A model generated the notes under the pieces. The model worked only from the letters and a program-made list of their open reading frames with translations, was not told the DNA's origin and ran no database searches. Both the position numbers and the translations under genes were made by a program. A stretch of 64,000 bases of DNA from a virus, in IMG/VR virus record IMGVR_UViG_3300025450_000015, positions 1-64,000 of that record. One strand, given 5' to 3'. Numbering within the stretch: position 1 is the stretch's first letter; each line of letters begins with the position of its first letter. This document shows, in pieces, positions 49,630 through 57,563 of this stretch.

Positions 49630-51828
49630 TTAAACCTGCGGTATATCGCCACGATTATATGCGGCTGTGTATTCGGGAGTGCCGGGTGCCGGTTGAGCGG
49701 CAGCTGGAGATTGTTTGTCTGTACCAATAGCTTGTCCAGGTTTCAAGCCAGAACTTGAAGTTACTGAATTTGGCGGTGGCTGATTTGGTAATCTAATACC
49801 GTTGAGTACTTGTGTAAATTTGCCGTCTTTAAATGTACTCTTAACTGTAGTTAATTTATACAGTCCTTGCCATTGATATGCTGTCTTATTTGATGAGAAG
49901 TCATACAGTCCAGTTGACTGATTTATATCGTTAGGTGATTTAAAATTAACAATAAAAGAAACTTCTCCTCCTTGATAATTCATATCTCCGTCTGATGTTA
50001 TATTAACCTGGCTACTGACGTTTGCTGTATAGTTGCCCATTCCAGAATTAGAAATATAGTAAGGGTCTCCCATAATTGTTATGTTAGCATTAGACATGTC
50101 GTAAGGAGTATTAATTACATCATGGTACCAAGCCGCGGCTTGTGCTGTTTGAGCGGCTCCGTATGTACCTCCTATCCTACCTAAAGATGTTTCAGTTCCT
50201 GTATAACGCAAAGTCTGAGCGGCATTTACATTGCCCTTGTTAACTTTTGCACCATTGTCGTTGACTTGAACTTCATCTTTTTTAGCATCCTTATTTGCTT
50301 CACTAGCAAAATCGTTTCTATTTTGTAAAAGTTCACTTTGTGTATTTTTAAACAAATCAGGAGCCATTCTCATAATGAATGCATTTTTAATTTCAATATT
50401 AAAATTTAAAATTTCCGTGTTTAATCCTGTGTAGATATAGTTGTAAACTTTTGCTACTTTTTTTCTAAGACTATCTAGACCAGGAGGAACTACGTTAGTT
50501 GCTAGACTCCATGCAACGTGCGATTTGTATTCGCAAACTCTGTATACAACAATCTTAGGTAGTCTTCCTTTTGATTTTATATTGTCATCAGAATTTATAT
50601 GATAAACTTGTGTATCAACTCGCCACCATGTTCTAAATCCGTCGGCATCAACTGCACTACTTTTAAGATTATTAACCGCATATTTGCTAACAAATAACAC
50701 TTTATTAATCATATCAATAATGCTAGTGCCTTGTGGAAATTCAAATTCAATCGATTTTGGATCTACAACCTGCGTAGATGCTTTGTTTACTTCTCCGGTA
50801 TTAGGATCTACTACCGATTTTGCAAAAGGTTTATTGGCTGCTTTTATTGTCTCACCGTCAAACTCTGAAGATCCAATTTTATTTACAGTACTAGTATCTT
50901 GTTGTGCAATTGCCTGTTGCTGATCTGCTGTTTTTAATCCTATACTTTTTAAAAAACTTGCATCTGTACCTGATGTAATTTTACTTACTGTGGCAGATGA
51001 TACATTGTATTTGCTGGAAGCATTTGGAGTTTGTGATCCAGATTTACCTGTTTGCAAAGTGGATGGAAAAACTATATAAATTCTTTCGGGTTGATCTGCA
51101 CCACCGTCTTTCTTTAAATTATCATAGTACTTGTTCAAGGCAGCTTGCAAACTATGAGCACCGCTTTGCAAGGCTTCTTGTACAGTAAGGCCTGAAAAAT
51201 TTACGTTTGTTTTAAGAGCAAGATATTCATCTTTTAAAGATTCTCCGTTGGCAACATAGCCTGCACAGTCATACGTTGCGCCAGCGGGAGTCATTTTCAT
51301 ATCAATTTTTGTAAATTTAAACGGAATATATTTTGAAGTAGATGGTATTGATGAAATTGCTCCGCCTTCCGTGTTTCCCCTAAAATCAATAGTAATCAAA
51401 TAAACAGCATCATTATAATTTTGATACCCAGCTAGCCCTGCCGCACCAGATAATGCTGTAGGAAATCCGCACATGCTGTATGGCTCAACTATTTTAAATT
51501 CTAAAGTTAAATTGCTTGTGTTAGTCAATTTAGGTGTGAATGAAACTGTACTATTGACTGTAAGTTCAGTCATATAAAATTCAAATTTAGTGCCGCCGAT
51601 AATAAATCTGTTGTCAGGATTCGCACCAGCACTTTTTAAAATTGCAGTCGGTAGTTGTCCTGCAAGGTATGATGAATTTGGAAAATTATAACTTGCAGGA
51701 TCTAAACAATAAAGACCAAACACATAATCGTAAGATGCATAACTGCTCAAGACATTTGGTCTAGGCAAAGAAAATTTTGTAAAGGCATCCGATATTGCAG
51801 ATCCAAGATTAGATAATACAGAAGCCAT
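49630..51828 (-). CDS. baseplate hub protein (gp27/gpD-like)
   Basis: position; ITIMGDPYY and GLYKLTTVKSTFKDGKFTQVL C-terminal motifs. Confidence 0.6.
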   Translation of the reverse strand: MASVLSNLGSAISDAFTKFSLPRPNVLSSYASYDYVFGLYCLDPASYNFPNSSYLAGQLPTAILKSAGANPDNRFIIGGTKFEFYMTELTVNSTVSFTPKLTNTSNLTLEFKIVEPYSMCGFPTALSGAAGLAGYQNYNDAVYLITIDFRGNTEGGAISSIPSTSKYIPFKFTKIDMKMTPAGATYDCAGYVANGESLKDEYLALKTNVNFSGLTVQEALQSGAHSLQAALNKYYDNLKKDGGADQPERIYIVFPSTLQTGKSGSQTPNASSKYNVSSATVSKITSGTDASFLKSIGLKTADQQQAIAQQDTSTVNKIGSSEFDGETIKAANKPFAKSVVDPNTGEVNKASTQVVDPKSIEFEFPQGTSIIDMINKVLFVSKYAVNNLKSSAVDADGFRTWWRVDTQVYHINSDDNIKSKGRLPKIVVYRVCEYKSHVAWSLATNVVPPGLDSLRKKVAKVYNYIYTGLNTEILNFNIEIKNAFIMRMAPDLFKNTQSELLQNRNDFASEANKDAKKDEVQVNDNGAKVNKGNVNAAQTLRYTGTETSLGRIGGTYGAAQTAQAAAWYHDVINTPYDMSNANITIMGDPYYISNSGMGNYTANVSSQVNITSDGDMNYQGGEVSFIVNFKSPNDINQSTGLYDFSSNKTAYQWQGLYKLTTVKSTFKDGKFTQVLNGIRLPNQPPPNSVTSSSGLKPGQAIGTDKQSPAAAQPAPGTPEYTAAYNRGDIPQV

Positions 51829-51829
51829 A

Positions 51830-52132
51830 TTATATTCCCAATGCTTGTGTTAATTCGCTTAATTTACAAATATATATTTGTGTTCCTGGAATAAAATCTA
51901 AAATAGGATCTTGTAATACATCTAAATTTCGTTGAATGAAAACCCACCATAAATTAGCATCGCCGTATAAGTCAAATGCCAGTAGGTCTGGTCTATAGGT
52001 ATATTGCGGTTCAATAGTATATAAAAAATCGTCTGGATTTGCACTGACAGGTCTGATATTTAAAATGTCTAGATAGTTATTTGTAATAGATGTCAAGTAC
52101 CAAGGACTACTTGTAGAATAATCTGCTTGCAT
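51830..52132 (-). CDS. baseplate wedge gp53-like (LysM-like) protein
   Basis: YRPDLLAFDLYGDANLWWVF..N. Confidence 0.8.
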   Translation of the reverse strand: MQADYSTSSPWYLTSITNNYLDILNIRPVSANPDDFLYTIEPQYTYRPDLLAFDLYGDANLWWVFIQRNLDVLQDPILDFIPGTQIYICKLSELTQALGI

Positions 52133-52133
52133 T

Positions 52134-53123
52134 TTAAATGTATCCCGGAGTTGTGTTTAGATATCCGCCTTCAACAAATCTGTCAAGGCTAAATCTTTGA
52201 CTTGTATTTCTTGCATACATTGGCTGTAGTGTAACTGTAAATGTACTTTTTACAGGAACATGAGTATATCCTCCTGGGATAGACCCGCCAGTTCCAAATA
52301 ATCCTGCAAGGGCGGCCACTTGTCCAACACCGCCTGCAATACTTCCTATTCCGGCAGTAACATCTCCCGCTCCTGGAAAGATTGAACCAAGTGCATCTGT
52401 TATTCCACCGACTGCATCTGCGGCACCTTGTGCTATACTAGCGGCACTGTTGACTACTGGTACACTGATATAATCACAATCTTTTGCCAACTGAGTTTGA
52501 AATGATGTAACTGCAACTGGTACATTGTTAAACACATACTGACCATACGCATTAAAATTTACAATCGGTGGAGGATTGCCAGCCTTTGGATCATTTCCGT
52601 TAAACATTTTGGTAAGACTTCTTAAATAATGCATGGCTGCAATCCAGTACAAGCCTTGTGTTTGATCCTCAACATACATTGGAGCAGTAATCTGAATTTG
52701 TCCAGGATCACTATTTTGATATGCATGGAAATTGTAATTTGTATGCGGAATATTCAAAGGTGTGTACTTTGCCTGTGCAGTTATATTAATGTCTGGAGTG
52801 TAAGGAAAAATCATGCCGCCTGCATCGATTAATGGTTTCATTACTACACTGGTTCTAAAACTAGGCCAGGTAGGTATGCTTAAACGAACACGCCATTCAT
52901 GGGCGCCTTCCAAATCAGTAAAAGCGGCCGAAGCGGCGTATATATCGCCTACTGATTCACCAGCAGTTGGTAAACTTATCGAACGTACAGAACTTAATAA
53001 ATTGGCGGCATTACCCACCGCTCCTGCCAATGCAGTGATTTTACCTGCTTTATTGATAGCAGATCCAATCGAATTAGCACTTGCGCCTTGTTGTACCTGT
53101 GCTGTTGCTCCTGTTACGGCCAT
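52134..53123 (-). CDS. tail tube initiator / gp48-gp54-like protein
   Basis: FPYTPxI, GNPPPIV, YGQYVFNNVPVAVTSF, VPVKSTFTVTLQP. Confidence 0.6.
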   Translation of the reverse strand: MAVTGATAQVQQGASANSIGSAINKAGKITALAGAVGNAANLLSSVRSISLPTAGESVGDIYAASAAFTDLEGAHEWRVRLSIPTWPSFRTSVVMKPLIDAGGMIFPYTPDINITAQAKYTPLNIPHTNYNFHAYQNSDPGQIQITAPMYVEDQTQGLYWIAAMHYLRSLTKMFNGNDPKAGNPPPIVNFNAYGQYVFNNVPVAVTSFQTQLAKDCDYISVPVVNSAASIAQGAADAVGGITDALGSIFPGAGDVTAGIGSIAGGVGQVAALAGLFGTGGSIPGGYTHVPVKSTFTVTLQPMYARNTSQRFSLDRFVEGGYLNTTPGYI

Positions 53124-53153
53124 AATATTATTCCTTTTTGGTATAATATTTAG

Positions 53154-53182
53154 TTGACTTTATAAAGTGCGTAGTTTATAAT
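53154..53182 (+). promoter_or_regulatory. sigma70 promoter for gp55-gp47-gp46
   Basis: TTGACT 53154-53159, 17 nt, TATAAT 53177-53182. Confidence 0.75.
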
Positions 53183-53205
53183 TAACCATTAGAGGACTCT
53201 TAAGG

Positions 53206-54054
53206 ATGACAATACCAGCAAACCCGCCCAAAGTAAATTACTTAAACAACAAAGACATGTTGGCCGAAATACACAAATCAAAAAGTAGTTATTGTGTATT
53301 TTCCAAACCAGAATATCATCAATACGATATAATCCTGCCCAGCGTAGATAAAATTAATATTAGAACTATTGCAGAAGCCAAACGTAATCGTGCCAAACGT
53401 ATTGGAGACACCGATTATGCCGCTCGTAAAAAGGGCGGAGAAAAAATTAAACAAGCCGACTGCGAAATTGATTATAAAAAAATTCCAAAGACAGATGTAG
53501 TCTTCAGGATCATGACATTTGATCATATTCCACTTAACAATACACGTAAGAAAAATCCAAAGAGTCTTGCAGATCACCGTGATAAGGTTAATTTTCCTCC
53601 TTTCCAACATTGGAAATTTAATGACGAAGATGAACTCATATGTGTTGGTAAAAGTCATTGGAAAGGTGGATTGAAGACTGGTCATTTTGACAAAAATGCG
53701 GGCCAAATAACTAACACCTTAGCTCGTATGATGTTAAAATTATGTGAGCGTTATGCTACTCGGGGTAACGTTCGTGGGTACACATATAATGACGAAATGA
53801 AAGGTCAGGCTATTTTGCAACTTACACAGATAGGACTACAATTTGATGAATCGAAATCAGACAATCCTTTTGCGTATTTTACTGCGGCTGTTACTAATAG
53901 CTTTGTTCGTGTTATTAATATAGAAAAACGCAATCAAAATATCCGTGACGACATACTGGAAATCAACGGAATGAATCCTAGTTATAGCCGTACTGGCGCA
54001 GGTGAACATGCAAACGCATTAAAACGACACAACGAGGATACTGCTAGTGAGTAA
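53206..54054 (+). CDS. gp55: late transcription sigma factor, T4 gp55-like
   Basis: YLNNKDML N-terminus; RGYTYNDEM..FDESKSDNPFAYFT..NSFVRVINIEK; adjacent to gp47/gp46. Confidence 0.85.
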   Translation: MTIPANPPKVNYLNNKDMLAEIHKSKSSYCVFSKPEYHQYDIILPSVDKINIRTIAEAKRNRAKRIGDTDYAARKKGGEKIKQADCEIDYKKIPKTDVVFRIMTFDHIPLNNTRKKNPKSLADHRDKVNFPPFQHWKFNDEDELICVGKSHWKGGLKTGHFDKNAGQITNTLARMMLKLCERYATRGNVRGYTYNDEMKGQAILQLTQIGLQFDESKSDNPFAYFTAAVTNSFVRVINIEKRNQNIRDDILEINGMNPSYSRTGAGEHANALKRHNEDTASE

Positions 54055-55060
54055 TATGTTTAAAAAGATTGCCGCTTTTACTGACATACATTTTGGTCTT
54101 AAAAGTAATTCATCAATTCACAATCAAGATTGTGAGGAATTTGTGGATTGGTATATCGCTAAAGCAAAGGAGGAAGGTTGTGATACAGGTATCTTTATGG
54201 GTGATTGGCACCATAACCGTAATAGCCTTAACATTACTACAATGGATTATAGCCTTAGGGCCTTGGAAAAGTTGGGTCAGGCGTTTAACAACTTCTATTT
54301 CTTTCCTGGTAATCATGATTTGTATTACAAAGACAAACGAGACATACACTCTGTGGAATTTGGAAAATACATTCCTGGTGTTACTGTCATACACGAGCCT
54401 ACTACTATTGGAGATGTCACCCTTTATCCGTGGTTGGTGGGAGAAGAATGGAAAAACATAAACAAACGTACAGGCAAATATTGCTTTGGACATTTTGAAC
54501 TTCCTAAATTTTTTATGAATGCCATGGTGCAAATGCCGGATCACGGAGAACTACAAGTTGACGCATTTAAAGGTTTTGAATTAGGGTTTAGTGGACATTT
54601 CCACAAACGTCAACAAAATGAAAACATGGTTTATATTGGCAATGCGTTCCCGCACAACTATTCGGATGCATGGGATGATGAACGTGGTATGATGATATTG
54701 GAGTGGGGTGGACAACCTGTATATCATAGCTGGCCTGGACAACCTACATATCGAACTCTTAAATTAAGTGAACTGATTGATCGTGCCGATGAAATTATTC
54801 TGCCTAGACAACATCTTCGTGTTGCATTAGACATTGATATTAGTTTTGAAGAAGCAAGTTTTATCAAAGAAAAATTCATTGCAGACTACAATATCAGAGA
54901 ACTTACATTGATAGCTGAAAAGAAAGAAATCGAAATTAACACTAATATAGATATTCAAAGTTTTGAAAGTGTTGATCAAATTGTCAGTAATCAAATTGTC
55001 AGCATTGATTCAGACACCTACGACAAAAATACACTACTATCGATTTACAGTAACCTATGA
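54047..55060 (+). CDS. gp47: recombination endonuclease subunit (Mre11/SbcD-like)
   Basis: TDIHFG, GDWHH, GNHD, GHFE, SGHFH phosphoesterase motifs. Confidence 0.92.
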   Translation: MSNMFKKIAAFTDIHFGLKSNSSIHNQDCEEFVDWYIAKAKEEGCDTGIFMGDWHHNRNSLNITTMDYSLRALEKLGQAFNNFYFFPGNHDLYYKDKRDIHSVEFGKYIPGVTVIHEPTTIGDVTLYPWLVGEEWKNINKRTGKYCFGHFELPKFFMNAMVQMPDHGELQVDAFKGFELGFSGHFHKRQQNENMVYIGNAFPHNYSDAWDDERGMMILEWGGQPVYHSWPGQPTYRTLKLSELIDRADEIILPRQHLRVALDIDISFEEASFIKEKFIADYNIRELTLIAEKKEIEINTNIDIQSFESVDQIVSNQIVSIDSDTYDKNTLLSIYSNL

Positions 55061-56835
55061 TTATAATAAAAGAACTAACAGTACGTAACTTCATGAGTGT
55101 GGGCAACCAGACTCAAGCTGTAGACTTTGGTAAAGAAAATTTAACACTCGTATTAGGTGAGAATTTAGATCAAGGCGGTGATGATAGCGGAAGTCGTAAC
55201 GGTACAGGTAAGACAACCATTGTAAATGCTTTAAGTTATGCACTTTACGGTATTGCACTCACTAACATTAAAAAAGATAATCTTATCAATAAGATTAACG
55301 CCAAAGGTATGTTGGTTACACTTACATTTGAAAAAAATGGTGTTCTCTATCGTATAGAACGTGGGCGTAAACCTAACATATTAAAGTTTTTTATTGATGA
55401 CCAAGAGCAAGAAACAGACGAAACAGACGATGCTCAAGGAGATATGCGTGAAACCCAGAAGGACTTAGATGACTTGCTGGGCATGAGCCACGATATGTTC
55501 AAACATATTGTTGCTCTTAACACTTATACAGAACCTTTCTTAAGTATGCGGGCTAACGACCAACGTGCTATCATTGAACAGTTGTTGGGTATTACATTAC
55601 TAAGTGAAAAAGCAGAAACTCTTAAAGAACAAGTTAAAGAAACTAAAGATGCTATTACACAAGAGACTGCCAATCTCGAAGCTACAAAGAAAAGCAACGA
55701 AAAAATACAATTAAGTATTGATAGTTTGCTAACCAAACAAATGGCTTGGGGTAATCAACATACTCAAGAGCTAGAAAAGATGGGCAGAGCCATTGTCGAA
55801 TTGGAGGACGTAGATATTGACGCTGAGCTTGCGAAGCATGCGGAGCTCAAAGTGTATGACGAGAAGTCAGCGAAGCTGAAAAGCCTAAATAAAGAGCGTG
55901 CAACGCTCGAAAGTGCGATAGCACAAGCGGAGCGAAGCGTCACGAAGTACGACGGCGAGCTCGTCAAGTTGGCTAACAAGACCTGTCACGCATGTGAACA
56001 AGAGCTACATGATCACAAGCATGAAGAAATGACATCAACAGCACAAGGGCACCTTGACGAGGCCCGAAAGTATTTCGACAAGGTCACTAAGGATTTGTCA
56101 AAAATACAAGCCGAAATTGCTACCCTGGGTGAGCTGACTCAACGTCCTTCAACGTACTATGACAGCGTGGAGCAGACTCTTAAACATCAAAACAACTTAA
56201 AAACTCTTGAAACACAGTTGACTATCAAAGCGGGTGAAACTGATCCGTATCAAGAGCAAATTGAAGAACTGCGTATGACTGCCATGCAGGAAATTTCTTG
56301 GGACTTGGTCAATGAGCTGACTCGCTTGAAGGATCATCAAGAGTTCTTGTTGAAATTGCTGACATCAAAAGATTCATTTATTCGCAAAAAGATTATAGAT
56401 CAAAACCTAGCATACTTAAACAATCGCTTGACCTATTACTTGGACAAGCTGGGGTTACCACACACAGTTACATTCCAAAACGACTTGACGGTCTTAATCA
56501 CACAGCTGGGGCAAGATTTAGATTTTGATAATCTAAGTCGAGGCGAACGCAATAGACTCATACTGGGCTTGTCGTGGGCTTTCCGTGATGTATGGGAAAG
56601 TCTATATCAAAGTATTAATTTGCTGTTTGTTGACGAGCTCATAGACAACGGACTAGATCCTTCAGGAGTAGAAGGTGCCCTGGGCATACTGAAAAAGATG
56701 GGTCGTGAACGCAAGAAAAACATATTCTTGATCAGTCACAAGGAAGAGCTGATAGGCCGTGTAAACAATGTACTGAGAGTTATCAAAGAAAACGGTTTTA
56801 CCAGCTATGCAAACGATTTAGAGATACATGAGTAG
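55057..56835 (+). CDS. gp46: recombination ATPase subunit (Rad50/SbcC-like)
   Basis: NFMSVG, NGTGKT Walker A, coiled coil with CHAC Zn hook, LSRGE signature, LLFVDE, ISH. Confidence 0.93.
   Translation: MIIIKELTVRNFMSVGNQTQAVDFGKENLTLVLGENLDQGGDDSGSRNGTGKTTIVNALSYALYGIALTNIKKDNLINKINAKGMLVTLTFEKNGVLYRIERGRKPNILKFFIDDQEQETDETDDAQGDMRETQKDLDDLLGMSHDMFKHIVALNTYTEPFLSMRANDQRAIIEQLLGITLLSEKAETLKEQVKETKDAITQETANLEATKKSNEKIQLSIDSLLTKQMAWGNQHTQELEKMGRAIVELEDVDIDAELAKHAELKVYDEKSAKLKSLNKERATLESAIAQAERSVTKYDGELVKLANKTCHACEQELHDHKHEEMTSTAQGHLDEARKYFDKVTKDLSKIQAEIATLGELTQRPSTYYDSVEQTLKHQNNLKTLETQLTIKAGETDPYQEQIEELRMTAMQEISWDLVNELTRLKDHQEFLLKLLTSKDSFIRKKIIDQNLAYLNNRLTYYLDKLGLPHTVTFQNDLTVLITQLGQDLDFDNLSRGERNRLILGLSWAFRDVWESLYQSINLLFVDELIDNGLDPSGVEGALGILKKMGRERKKNIFLISHKEELIGRVNNVLRVIKENGFTSYANDLEIHE
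55824..56099 (+). repeat. cluster of short GNA/GNNA-loop DNA hairpins inside gp46
   Basis: GCGAAGC at 55831, 55870, 55932; GAGCGT-GCA-ACGCTC 55894; GTGC-GATA-GCAC 55913; CAAGG-GCA-CCTTG 56044; CGAAA-GTA-TTTCG 56065. Confidence 0.7.
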
Positions 56836-57097
56836 ACACGTAGAACCCAGTCCCTATCAAAATGAAGAGTCACATGAGCGTTTGATGCATGCTTTTAAGG
56901 AATACTTTAAAGAAAATCAAAAATGGCAAGCTCGTGGGACTCGTCGTGCTGGGGAAAACATGCGATACTGGCTGGCACAAATACGCATTATTGCCCGGGA
57001 ACGCAGGGAACATGTGCAACAGTATCGCGTATGGTTAGATAAAAACAAGGCAGAACGCAAGGCAAATCAAAAGGCAGGGGAGGGTGAGTCCGAATAA
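56828..57097 (+). CDS. small basic helical protein (possible nucleic-acid-binding, Hc1-like)
   Basis: Arg/Lys-rich two-helix pattern; family call weak. Confidence 0.55.
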   Translation: MSRHVEPSPYQNEESHERLMHAFKEYFKENQKWQARGTRRAGENMRYWLAQIRIIARERREHVQQYRVWLDKNKAERKANQKAGEGESE

Positions 57098-57109
57098 ACT
57101 ACATAGTTA

Positions 57110-57553
57110 ATGTCTTGGACTTATCAATCTCAACCAATAGAAACACTACCAGAAGACTGTATAGGATTTGTTTATATCATAACAAACACTACTAACGGTC
57201 GCATGTACATAGGCAAAAAACTAGCTAAATTCTCAAAAACCACATACAAGACAGTAAAATTAAAGAACGGCAACAAGAAAAAAAAGAAAATTCGTAGCAA
57301 AATTGACTCAGACTGGCGGGAATATTATGGTTCAAGCCCAGAATTAAGCAAGGATGTTACGGCATTAGGCACAGAAAATTTTACAAGAGAGATACTGTTT
57401 CTCTGTCGAAGCAAGGCAGAATGCAGTTATATAGAGGCTAGAGAACAATTTTCACGCAGAGTTTTAGAATCAAATGACTATTATAATGGTCATATTCAAG
57501 TGCGTGTACATGGTTCGCATATTCGCAAACTTCAAGAAAACCAGGCAAAATAA
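57110..57553 (+). CDS. stand-alone GIY-YIG family endonuclease (Seg-like catalytic domain)
   Basis: GFVYIITN..MYIGKK, YYGSS, NFTREIL, YIEAREQ (Glu), YYNG (Asn); Lys-rich insertion. Confidence 0.8.
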   Translation: MSWTYQSQPIETLPEDCIGFVYIITNTTNGRMYIGKKLAKFSKTTYKTVKLKNGNKKKKKIRSKIDSDWREYYGSSPELSKDVTALGTENFTREILFLCRSKAECSYIEAREQFSRRVLESNDYYNGHIQVRVHGSHIRKLQENQAK

Positions 57554-57563
57554 CGCCAAATAA

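Noticed and set aside
57110-57553. GIY-YIG gene as a mobile intron-encoded homing endonuclease
   Set aside because: No interrupted gene or intron core around it and no C-terminal NUMOD/HTH DNA-binding domains; treated as a free-standing nuclease of unknown role.
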